Origin: Chiloscyllium plagiosum
Lineage: Eukaryota
Length of the DNA stretch: 64,000 bases
Direction of reading: 5' to 3'
Assembly: GCF_004010195.1 (NCBI RefSeq)
Contig: NC_057756.1
Location: 1,495,476-1,559,475 of the forward strand
The notes under the pieces were generated by a model that made no database searches, had not been told where the DNA came from, and saw only the letters and a program-made list of their open reading frames with translations. Below, in pieces: positions 42,901 through 51,100 of the stretch. Each line of letters starts with the position of its first letter. Positions within the stretch are counted from its first letter, which is position 1. The translations under genes and the position numbers were made by a program.

Positions 42901-45608
42901 CCCACCGATCTGCTCCAACCTCTTCTGCGACCTATCACTTCTTCCCCACCTCCATCCATCTATTACACTCTCAGCTATCTTCTCCATAACTGCACCCACT
43001 TCCACTTATCTCTACACCCACGAAGCACCTAGACTCATTCCTGATGAAGGTCTTTTGCCCGAAACGTCGATTGTTCCTGCTCCTTGGAAGCTGTCTGACC
43101 TTCCATGCTTTTACAGCACCACTCCAATCTTGACTTTTATCCTGAGCATTACAGACCAGTCAGTCTCAAGTCTGTGTTGGGTAAAAATGATGGAGAGAAT
43201 TCTGAGACAGGATTTGTGATTACTTGGAACAACATGGTTTGATTACAGACAGTCAGCATGACTTTCTGAGCGGCAGAAATGTTATTGAACACTTTGACGA
43301 TGCGACAAAACATATTGTTAAATTTAGAGCAGTGGATATGCTGCACATGACTTTTCTTTGTCATTGCATTTGGTCAAGTTTCCCATGGTATGATCATTCA
43401 GAAAGTAAGAAGGTATGGGACACGTAAAAATCTGGCAGTCTGAATAAAGAATTGGCTGGCCCACAGAAGACAGAGGTTGGTGGTACATGGGAAGTATTCA
43501 GCTTGAAGCTTGGTGACCTATGGTGTTCCACAGAAATTGGTTCTGGGACCTCTGTTGTTTGTGATCTTTATAAAAAACTTGGATGAGGAAGTGCAATGGT
43601 GGGTTAGCAAGATTGCCAATGACACGAAGGCTGGTGGAATTGTGGATAGTGTGAAGGGCTGTTGTAAATTGCATCGGAACTTTGGACAGGATGCACAACT
43701 GGGCTGATAATTGACAGATGGAGTTCACCTGAAAAAAATGTGAACTGATTCACTTTGGAATTTCGAATTTCAAAATGCAGGGTTAATGACAGGATTGTTG
43801 GCAGTGTGGAGGAAAAGAGGGATCTTGTAGTCCATCTCCATAGATCCTTCAGAGATACCACTCAAGCTGCTAGGGCCTTTAAGGAGATGTAATGTCTGTT
43901 AGCTTTCATTAGTAGTGGGATTGAGTTTAAGTGCCATGAAGCTATGCCACAGTTCCATAGAGTCCTTGTTACACCACATTTAGAACATTATGTTCAGTTC
44001 TGGTCTCCTCATTATAGAAATGAAGTGGAAGTTTTAGAGACGATGTAGAGGAGATTTACCGGAATGTTGCTTGGACTGGAGGGTAAGGTTGTAAGAGTTA
44101 GGTATTTTCCCATTGGAGAGAAGAAGGATGAGAGTTGGCTTGGTAGCGGTCTGAAAGGTGGAGAAAAGCATCCTTAGATTGACGTTTTCCCAGGGCGGAA
44201 ATGTCAATCACATGGTGCCAATCCTTTTAGGTGATTGGAGGAAGCTTCAGCCGAGGTATCAGATGTAGGCTCTTTAGACAGCGAGTGGTGGCTGCGTTCA
44301 GCAGTCGCAGTAGAGTACTTTAGGGACATCTAAGCGACTCCTGGATAGGCACATCGAAGATAGTACAATGAAAGGTATGCAGGTTAATCCCATTTTGGAG
44401 TAAGATAAAAGGTCAGCACAACGTCGAGGGCCTAATGGATGGTACAGTGGTACACTGTTCTACCTTCTACGTTCTAAGTGGAAGAAATGGGCGTTGTATG
44501 GCAATTTGAAGGTGTTAAATTCAAGGTTTAGTCCAGAAGGATGTAAAATGCCGAGTTTGAAGATGAGATGTTGTTCGTCCATTTGACTCAAGAAACTAAA
44601 ATTGATACACCATTTGTCCTCCAACACCTTACATCCAATAATTCCACCACCGCCACCCCCAACTTAGACCATAAATCTTGTCCTCTCCACACTTCACTTC
44701 ATCTTTGAAGAAGAGTCATGTTCTTTCTACATGGATGCCACCTGACTCTCTGTCAATTGCAGCATTGTTGCTTTCAATATAGCAACTTAGACGAAGCATA
44801 ATTGAAATCACTTGTTTAAAAGTTCATGACTAATATCATGTTCATAGTTTGGTGATATTGGTCAAAATTCCACGCCTTGATTATAATATTATAAACGAAA
44901 AACATTGTGCAAACTCTCGATAATAGAGTGCAAAGTTTATTCGCTGACAAAGAAAAGCCGACAAAAAAATACTTCTCACATGTCATTTATGAGTATGAAA
45001 CATTAGTGAAATCCATGGCACATAATAGGACCTGACTAAATAAAGGATCTGTACAGCGTGTTTTCACGTTATCATAGAATCTGTACAGCGTGGAACCAGA
45101 TCATTCTATCTATAATGTCCATAGCGATATCCAAATGCATCCCACCCGGACCCAGCCAAACCCCATAATCCTGCATTTCTCATGGCTAATGTACCCAACC
45201 TACACATTCCAGGATAATACGGGCCAATTTAGCATGGCCAATCAAATGAATCTGCACATCTTTGGACTGTGGGAGATAACCTGAGCACGCAGAAAAAACC
45301 CACGTGCACATGGGGAGCATATGCAACACTGTCAATATATATGAAAATGAAAACAAAAAAACAACATTCCAAGCGAAATAACAAAGTAAATAAGCAATAT
45401 TTAATTGGAAGATGAACGTAAATAACCCATTTTCTTTAAAAGGTAAAACTGACTTTCTGTAGCAGTTCAAAATTACACCTATTCAAATCACGTTTCGACA
45501 ATTAACAACTGGTTCCATGCCCAAGTCTGCTTAAATCTTCTCACTTCTGCATCAGTTTCCTTTTCGCCTTACCCAGTTCGCTGATCAATTTTTTAAGATT
45601 TTCGACTT
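783..45608 (-). CDS. Partial multi-exon gene: at least 18 alternating 36/27-nt micro-exons encoding a 21-residue-periodic coiled coil (5' and 3' ends not seen)
   Basis: All 18 exons have a pyrimidine-rich AG acceptor and a GT donor, lengths of 27 or 36 nt, and phase 1-1. They join into one stop-free 558-nt frame with heptad hydrophobic spacing. Gene identity unknown. Confidence 0.9.
2377..2412 (-). CDS. Micro-exon, 36 nt: ETESLKTEIAQL
   Basis: cattgttttctttaacAG|aaactgaatcactgaaaactgagattgctcaactgg|GTaggt. Confidence 0.92.
3975..4001 (-). CDS. Micro-exon, 27 nt: ETRLDNKSK
   Basis: ttctattttctatttccccAG|agactcggttggacaataaaagcaaag|GTaagc. Confidence 0.92.
5262..5297 (-). CDS. Micro-exon, 36 nt: ALEKTKNAFDNL
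   Basis: ttatattttgcatacAG|cgttggaaaaaacgaaaaacgcttttgataatcttg|GTaagt. Confidence 0.88.
6662..6688 (-). CDS. Micro-exon, 27 nt: QNDVNDKLK
   Basis: tatatgttgcacttAG|aaaacgacgtaaatgacaaattaaaag|GTaaga. Confidence 0.86.
7780..7815 (-). CDS. Micro-exon, 36 nt: ELARSRTELQDC
   Basis: ttgttgccacattccAG|aattggcaagatctagaactgaactccaggactgcc|GTgagt. Confidence 0.88.
8600..10650 (+). mobile_element. Degenerate CR1 LINE (ORF1 remnant plus ORF2 reverse transcriptase)
   Basis: ORF 9506-9823 has RQHGFVTERPCLTNQLDLFEEV...IFFDFQKAFCKV, matching the CR1 RT motif QHGF...CLTNL...DFQKAFDKV; many stops around it. Confidence 0.85.
10150..10324. mobile_element. Short palindromic Penelope-derived insertion inside the CR1
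   Basis: Inverted arms agagtcgacagtgtattgctgggaaagcacagcaagt / acctgctatacttttccagcaacacactctcgactct, similar to the Penelope 3' ends at 20405-20530 and 43060-43130. Flanked by an apparent direct repeat, tttt(c/t)gaaacgg. Confidence 0.65.
11026..11052 (-). CDS. Micro-exon, 27 nt: DEKIRRNDQ
   Basis: gtttttctttgttaacAG|atgaaaaaattcgtcggaatgaccaag|GTaaac. Confidence 0.9.
11690..11725 (-). CDS. Micro-exon, 36 nt: EIAALQKKLQDL
   Basis: tcttcttgtttccccttggttgcAG|aaattgcagctctgcagaaaaagcttcaagatttag|GTgaga. Confidence 0.92.
   Translation of the reverse strand, partial: KLQLCRKSFKI
13000..13560 (+). repeat. Unclassified probable interspersed repeat inserted at the CR1 ORF1/ORF2 junction
   Basis: GC-richer block interrupting CR1 homology and ending in ...gatggcgcc...tgttacaataag...aataaa; family not assignable by eye. 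Confidence 0.35.
15781..16100 (+). mobile_element. tRNA-derived SINE (HE1-like)
   Basis: Head ggcggcatggtggctcagagg (A-box-like), gacccgggcgtgattcc (degenerate B box), core gtaggtggattaactgtgctgatttgcc, CR1-like tail gggccaaatagtc...ggatctatgaatctatga. Confidence 0.8.
16290..16515 (+). mobile_element. 5'-truncated HE1-like SINE
   Basis: gatgtacaggttaggtggattagccatgctaaattgtccattgtgttcag...gggccgtaaggcacgcttccacattgtag. Confidence 0.75.
17246..17272 (-). CDS. Micro-exon, 27 nt: DEAMREKNG
   Basis: ccaactttttcgttAG|atgaagcaatgcgtgaaaagaatggag|GTacaa. Confidence 0.83.
18895..19080 (+). mobile_element. Degenerate HE1-like SINE fragment
   Basis: Similar to the 3' half of the SINEs at 15781 and 16290, ending ttgtttccacactggagggattcta. 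Confidence 0.5.
20405..20850 (-). mobile_element. Penelope-like element 3' fragment
   Basis: ORF 20259-20822 begins VEECLTFHLAILQPHGINAYFTSFHISL, homologous to LEEERLIFRLGTRQPQGINVDFNSFQISP in ORF 61376-61996. Confidence 0.8.
22660..22695 (-). CDS. Micro-exon, 36 nt: EIESIRKKIEQL
   Basis: catctttcttttttgcaAG|aaattgaaagtatcagaaaaaagattgaacaattgg|GTaagc. Confidence 0.9.
23698..23724 (-). CDS. Micro-exon, 27 nt: KESLDGKDS
   Basis: tggatttcttacAG|aagaaagtttggatggaaaagactcag|GTaaaa. Confidence 0.87.
24060..24780 (-). mobile_element. Degenerate CR1 3' fragment
   Basis: gaccaaaatgtcacacaatattccagatc is the reverse of the LEYCVxFW motif; WN motif region near 24250. Confidence 0.6.
25595..25621 (-). 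CDS. Micro-exon, 27 nt, occupying a 36-nt slot: EIEGVRQKC
   Basis: cattttcctatttcAG|aaattgaaggcgttcgacagaaatgca|GTaagt; peptide aligns with the first nine residues of the 36-nt class (cf. EIESIRKKI). Confidence 0.82.
26019..26093. repeat. Imperfect (CA)n/(GACA)n microsatellite
   Basis: cacacatacacag...cacacacgacacacacgcagagacacagatagacagacagacagacacac. Confidence 0.8.
26453..26479 (-). CDS. Micro-exon, 27 nt: EEQLKLKTQ
   Basis: gtatttctttcatcacAG|aggaacaattgaagctgaaaacccaag|GTaaag. Confidence 0.9.
28216..28251 (-). CDS. Micro-exon, 36 nt: ELEPLKMDLSSK
   Basis: cattttttcatatatcAG|agctagaacctttgaagatggatctatctagtaaag|GTacct (weaker donor). Confidence 0.8.
29870..31150 (+). mobile_element. 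Very degenerate CR1 ORF2 remnants
   Basis: gaattcttaaaatgtgtccagcagggacttttagccag (FLKCVQ-like) and tgactggaaaccaatctccagt (DWKP.SS-like), both CR1 ORF2 landmarks. Confidence 0.5.
31239..31265 (-). CDS. Micro-exon, 27 nt: EEELSQKKK
   Basis: ccatttgtttaacAG|aggaagaactgagtcaaaaaaagaaag|GTaaat. Confidence 0.88.
32541..33365 (-). mobile_element. Relatively young, 5'-truncated CR1 LINE (RT C-terminus plus 3'UTR)
   Basis: ORF 32627-33340: QRDLGVLVH...LYRALVRQHLEYCVQFWSP...RRLRGDLIETYKI...TRGHSLK...FTQRV-like...WNALP, open for about 210 codons, followed by the CR1 3'UTR. Confidence 0.95.
34453..34488 (-). CDS. Micro-exon, 36 nt: GLENLRQSLKDT
   Basis: cctttggttcctttcAG|gtcttgaaaatctgcgccagagtctcaaagatactg|GTaaga. 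Confidence 0.9.
35095..35980 (-). mobile_element. Degenerate CR1 3' fragment
   Basis: ORF 34975-35388 contains KRVVGSWNILIGGV...NFKRHL (WN.LP...FK..LD motif); CR1 tail near 35100. Confidence 0.65.
36835..36921. repeat. (TG)n-(TA)n-(CA)n microsatellite
   Basis: tgtgtgtgtatatata...tatataatcaaacacacacacaca; roughly 60 bp of near-perfect TA. Confidence 0.95.
37203..37229 (-). CDS. Micro-exon, 27 nt: EERLQMKDK
   Basis: ttgttcatttaaatAG|aagaaaggctgcagatgaaagataaag|GTaaag. Confidence 0.85.
38263..38920 (-). mobile_element. Nested antisense CR1 3' fragment
   Basis: Starts with the reverse-complement tail acatagaacatagaacacagagcataacagcgcagtacagcc; RT C-terminal remnants follow. Confidence 0.75.
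39879..40700 (-). mobile_element. Nested antisense CR1 3' fragment
   Basis: Tail catagaacagagaacgtagaacagtacagc; ORF 40233-40601 has ALVRTHLEYCVQFWSPH; host CR1 RT resumes at ~40700. Confidence 0.85.
42555..43140 (+). mobile_element. Penelope-like element 3' end (GIY-YIG C-terminus plus terminal repeat)
   Basis: ctctactttggagagaccgga...cttcagagaacatctctgggacacc...gaacatttcaactcccc, homologous to 61250-61700. Confidence 0.85.
43036..43072 (+). ncRNA. Minimal type-I hammerhead ribozyme motif (Penelope-associated)
   Basis: attc-CTGATGA-aggtcttttgccc-GAAA-c-GTC-gatt: conserved cores, stem II with one mismatch, palindromic ACGT stem III, GUC cleavage triplet. Confidence 0.65.
43150..44478 (+). 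mobile_element. Degenerate CR1 RT 3' portion
   Basis: LITDSQHDFLSGR; GVPQKLVLGPLLFVIFIKNLD...SKIANDTK (FADDTK-like); tail ttctaccttctacgttcta. Confidence 0.9.
45071..45332 (-). mobile_element. HE1-like SINE
   Basis: atcatagaatctgtacagcgtggaa...caatttagcatggccaatcaaatgaatctgcacatctttggactgtgggag...cccacgtgcacatggggag, reverse complement of the SINE core seen at 16290. Confidence 0.8.
45573..45608 (-). CDS. Micro-exon, 36 nt: (E)VENLKKLISEL
   Basis: Minus strand ttttttgctttattctcAG|aagtcgaaaatcttaaaaaattgatcagcgaactgg|GTaagg. Confidence 0.88.
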
Positions 45609-45851
45609 CTGAGAATAAAGCAAAAAACAGGATTTACACGATGAGTAAATAGTAGGTGCAAGAAAAAGAAAATGATGTCACTTTATTTAAAAGTCATTAT
45701 TTGCAATCTTAGTCGTTATAAATATAAAAACACTGGAGCATCAATCATATTTACTATACAATACCGTCAATCGGATGACTAATTTAGTGACTGTGACGGA
45801 CAACAAGCAGCTATTAAAACTGATGTTATTTTTTGTCACTTGATCCTTAAC

Positions 45852-45881
45852 CTTGTTTTTCCCGCTGTTTCAAGCACACAT
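45852..45881 (-). CDS. Candidate upstream micro-exon, 30 nt: (x)VCLKQREKQ
   Basis: ataatatttAG|atgtgtgcttgaaacagcgggaaaaacaag|GTtaag. Phase 1-1 with L at position 4 and R at position 7 like the 27-nt class, but 3 nt longer and with weaker splice sites. Confidence 0.45.
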
Positions 45882-45904
45882 CTAAATATTATAGTTTCAG
45901 AGCA

Positions 45905-46730
45905 ATAGTGACTTACAGCATGACACAGACCCTTCAGTCCAACACCTCCATTTCAATCATATGTCGTAAATTAATCTTGCCCCATTTGCCAGCATTTGTC
46001 CGCTATCCTTCCAAATCCTTCCTGTTCGTATACCCATCTGGATGCCTTTTAAATGTTATAATTGAAGCAACTTCTACCAAATCCCCTGGCAGTTCATTCC
46101 AGGCACATACCACCCTGAGTGTGAAAATGATTCCACTGAGATTCCTTTTAAATCTTACTCCTCTGCCTTCAACGCTCCAGGGAAAATAACTCCAGCCTAT
46201 TCAGATCACCCCATAGATTAAACTATCCATTCCTGGCAAAATCCTTTTAAAACTATGTGTGACACTGTTTAAGCTATCGTTATACGTGGAGAGTTCTAAA
46301 TTCTCACTACATTTTCCATGAAATAAGCTATTCTCTCATGTCTCTCTGAAGCCTCTAGACTTTACATTATACCAAAGCTCCCAGTCAATATTCTCTCCAA
46401 TAAAGAGAAAGAAGTCCTACCTGTCACTCTGATCGCTGCCCCCATACATTATGTACATAAAAACGTCCTCTCTGAATCCCCTGTTCTCGAAGGAAGTTAT
46501 GAGCAGTTTATTTAATCTTTCTTCAGTACTAAAACTATCCAGTCAAAGGAAATACTAATTATTCTCCTGTGTACTTTCTCCGGTGCTCTCCCAACCCTCG
46601 AATACTATGGATTCCAGAACGGCTCACAATAGTTTAGCTGTGGCCGAAGTAACATTTTGAACAGTTCCAGTGTAGCCATCCAGTTATCAAAATCTCTGCC
46701 TTCGTTAATAAAGATAATCCCTCTATTCAA
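45905..46730 (-). mobile_element. Degenerate CR1 3' fragments
   Basis: tacagcatgacacagacccttcagtccaac tail; ggcagttcattccagg (reverse of WNELP); ccagaacggctcacaatagtt (reverse of YCEPFW). Confidence 0.65.
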
Positions 46731-47699
46731 CTACGGCCTGGTGCTTGGCTTCTCTGTGTTTTGCTTTTAATCCTCATACATCGATGAAAAGAAACTGCAT
46801 ATTATCATTGAAAAATCTCATTGTAAAATTTTTAAGTATCAAAGTGTGATTTATGTCTCGAAGTAATCATGTTAATGCGGTCCATATTTTGAAATGAAAC
46901 CTGACATAATTGATCGTGTTTGGAAAACATTAATTTAGAACCTTGGTGAGAGTTCTAATTAATAAATTTCAATGATCTCACTAGCTATTACGATAAATTG
47001 CAATAAACCAAGACAGAATCTGTGAAACTATATGATTACGCAAGCAAACCATATATGAGCACAGCAATCATAGACTCTACAGTGTGGAAGCAGGCTATTT
47101 GGCTCTTCATGTGCCTGACGCTGTGAAGCAGCAATTCTAAGCACTGAGACACCGTGCCAACTAAATGGCTCATTGCTCAGCGTTTAATTAACAAATGTCA
47201 TGAGGTCACCGCCCTTCCGTCGCTGGGGCATTTTGTTTCCTCAAATCCTATTCAAACTTCCTGTTCCTTATCTTAAATCTATGCCCTCTAGTTATTGAAT
47301 TTTACACGTAAGGTGGAAAATGTCGCATCGACCCTGTCTATGTCAGTCATAATGTTATCCTCCTCAACCGTGCAATACCTCAGCTACTGTTGCTATCAAT
47401 GAAAACAATTCCAGACAATCAATCATTGTTCATGGGTGCGCCACTGAGCCACCGCTCCACTGATCAATTTACATACTTAATTTTCATATAAAGCACATGT
47501 CCCCTTAAAAAATAAGAGCGAAAATTTTCTAAAGTCTATGTTTGTTGGGATCACAGATCCCCAGCATACTTAGAGCAAATATATATTTCATCTTAGTACA
47601 TTGCTTCAATACAAAAGCTTAATTTCTTTTGTTGATCAGTAGCTTTATCTTCAAGCAACATTGAATGATTTCTAGGCTTCAGCATACAGAAACATTACA

Positions 47700-47930
47700 G
47701 ATCCAACATTTCCTCATCATATTGGACTTTCCGTCTTCATGGCACAGTAGAGTCAAGAAGCATCAGCACAAGAATAAGTTTCTGCCTATTGGGACTGTGG
47801 GTCAACCCACAGCAGGTGGACTGCAGCAGTTCAAAAAGGTAGCTCACCACCACCTTCTGAATGAAACTAGGGACAGGCAATAAATGTTGGTCAAACAGTG
47901 ACACATATATCTCACAAATGAACAAAATAA
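47700..47930 (+). mobile_element. LINE 3'-end fragment (clade uncertain); a related antisense copy lies near 32020-32500
   Basis: ggactgcagcagttcaaaaaggtagctcaccaccaccttct...ctagggacaggcaataaatgttgg; its reverse resembles gaaggtggtagtgaactatcttcatgaaac at ~32061. Confidence 0.5.
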
Positions 47931-48120
47931 AAAGTCATATTATTTTGATCTGGCAGCTTTATTGCCAAGTCGTAGCGATTTATTACAGTAATGTGAAAAC
48001 AATGTTATCATTTTACAAACATGCTTCCACCAAGGTATTTGAATGGTTTATCGTGGTCTTTTTCTGACGTTTTACTACGTACACTTGATTAACCTGAAAT
48101 AGTCTTGATGTTTTCCTGCT

Positions 48121-51100
48121 CTTATGTATCAGGCTAGACGCCCTCCAAATATTTGAAGAAGAAAGTCGAGACCCTAAACTTTCCACCAGCTTTATGCAAT
48201 TGTTAAAGTAGATATTCCAGGAGTGATGCCACCGATCAAAGCACTCAGTTTTAAACAAGACGTAATTGAACAAAAGAAAACCACACTTGAAATATTTTAA
48301 CTATTTTAAACGCAACCAGATTGTACCACAACTTTATGAAGATGTTCCAAGTACTTGCAACATCCCATAATACACAATTAGGCCACAGTTCTTACAGGAG
48401 AGATATCAGATCGAGAAGCATTAGCAGGGAACTATTTCTGTGGGTCCTGCAGCTTCTCTGCGTTCCCAGTCAAATCCTGACCAGCAGCTGCAAATGAAAT
48501 AGCTTGGAAAACCAAATCAAACCAAACCCTGAATGGGGAGAACTGGCCACCCCCTATCATTGTACAGGTGTGTTTTTTTAAGCAAAAATCAAGCACTGTT
48601 AAAAGTTTCTTCAAATCTACAATGAAGACGTTTCAGAACCTCTGACTTTACAACCCCTGTAAAAACAAAGCTGGATAACTGAACATTGACATAGTATTAG
48701 CATCATCATACCTCCCCCACTCAGTTAAAAAAACCTGAACCATCAATATCCAAAATGGCTTAATATTAAAATCCTTTAATCGCAAATCGGTAGTACACTA
48801 CAACACATATACATATTAGATTGACTATAAACATGCACACGTGCTCTACTGCATTCTGTTTCAGCCTGTTTTCTCCTGACACTGAATGCCTCTGTTTCGT
48901 GTCCAAAACTCAATAATGCGTCAGTGATCACGTTTTCCCATCCTATCTCATGCGCAATTTTCAAGTTGAATGGCTGCAACAACAGGCTTCATTTAAACAG
49001 TTTGATATTTTTGTCCTTAAATTTCCCCACAAAGTTCCATGGGTTACGTTGAATGCATATGATTGTCTCAGATATATTACGCATAAAAAAATGAAATGTT
49101 GTAAATGAAACTGACCGTGTCCTTCTCACCTGTCAAATATTTCAGCTGATAAATGCTCAATCCTCTGCAGAAATACCTATTGGATATTATTTCTTCTCAT
49201 CGTCATCCTGTAAGTGCACTGTGCCGACACCCACGTCACTTGCATGGATAGCCACCTTAAATAGTTTGGCGTAGGTGTGCCCAATACTGGTGCAAAAGAT
49301 AACACAAATTTAAGGCTGTTAGGTGCCTCCTGACAGTCGGCTGTCCACGAGACTTCTTGCCATTCTTTAGTAATTCATTGGGTGGAACAGCCACAATCCT
49401 AAAATTTGTTTCGACTTTCCGATAAACCCCTTCAATCACAGGAAGTGCAAAACTGCTCCTTTTGTCGATGGTATGGGAAACTCCCAAATTCATTTGCCTT
49501 TGAATTCAGTGGGGCCATTTGTCCATGTTGAACAACATGGCACAGGGAAATGACTTAGGCTCTGGCAAATTAGCTTTTAACCAAGTTTATCACCAAGCCT
49601 GATCCTGAAGTCAATCAAACAATTTCAATTACAGTTGCAAATGTTCCTTCACGTGTGTTGACTAATCACCAGGTCATCAACGTCGTTTACACAACTAAGT
49701 CATCCAAAAATATCTTTTTGGTTTAGTCCCTGAAACGTAGCTGGCACATTTTCCATACCAAACGGCTTGATTTTAAATTGATAAAATCCATTTAGCATTC
49801 CATAAGCGGAAATTGACTTCACTTTCTTCTAAAAAAAAAGTACCTACCCGCATCCTCTGATCAAGACCAACTTAGAAATATAAGTTGCTTTTTCCCACCT
49901 GTTCAATAGAGCCGTCCAAGTTTGGACTCGGATATGCATCCATCTTTGTAACTCCATTGACGTTACAATAGTCCACACGTATCTGTTGGGTCCCATCTGA
50001 TTTCGCCAACATTCTGTTAGGTGAACTTCAGTCACTCTAACTCACTTCGATTATGTTGTCTTGGAATATGCATTCAATTTCCCTTTCAACCTGTACCAAC
50101 TTCAAAGGGTTTTGCCGTTAAGACTTTTGCTTAATCAGAACAGCATTTCCAATATCAACATAATGCATAATTAGGTTAGTGATTCCCATGTAGTTTCCAC
50201 GTATCTCCCCATGAGATATCAGTAACTTGTTCAGTTCATTTCGCTTTTTCTCTGGACGGTAACTCAATCACTTATCCCACTTTTTGACAATGTCTTCATT
50301 ATCCAATTTAAATTGAGTATTGTCCAACTCAGAATCCTCTGAACATGGTTCTTCAATCTGTGTTGTAAACAGTAACACAGCCTCTTTTTTGATTTCCTTC
50401 CCTGTCAAAATACCTTTTCAATCTATTCACATGACACACTGTGTAAGATTCCTTTCTGTCTGCAATCCTGAATGCAGTCTGCAGTTCACCTCAATGACTC
50501 TCTTTTCGATATTATATTGCCTACTAAACCATGCTTTTAAAGGTGCATCTACCACTGGATTTAACACTTACACCTTATATCCGATAGTGAAATTGTAAGT
50601 TTTTGATTTCTTGTCTGCTTCCCCTTTTAGTGATTGATGTGACACTATTAAATGCTCTTTTTAACGGTTCCCACAAATTTATCACATCGTCTAAATATGT
50701 GGTATCTGACTTCTGCATTAACAGCTGCTCCTTAATCCATTTTAGCGGTCCTCTCTTTTCATGCCAGAAACCTAATTTAAAAGGACTAGTACATCTCTGA
50801 ATGCAAAAAGCACAAGTCAATTTTCTTTATCTCAATCCTTTGGTTCGTCTTGACTGCTCCCCCAAAGCATGGACTTAAATGTCTGATGCCACTGTTCTAT
50901 CACTACCTCCGATTCTGGAACCGATGCAGTAGATTTGAATTGGCTTATTCTGAAGCTCTCCATAACTTCCTTGATTAATTTTGATGTGAAGTTTGATTTT
51001 TGATCTGGTTGTATCTCTGTGGTTAGCCCATATCAAGTGAAAAAGTTGAATAACTGCTCTGCAATCCTTTTAGCGGATATATTGCATAATGGGATTGCTT

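Noticed and set aside
47477..47503. 27-nt AG..GT segment
   Set aside because: Contains a stop codon in the required phase-1 frame.
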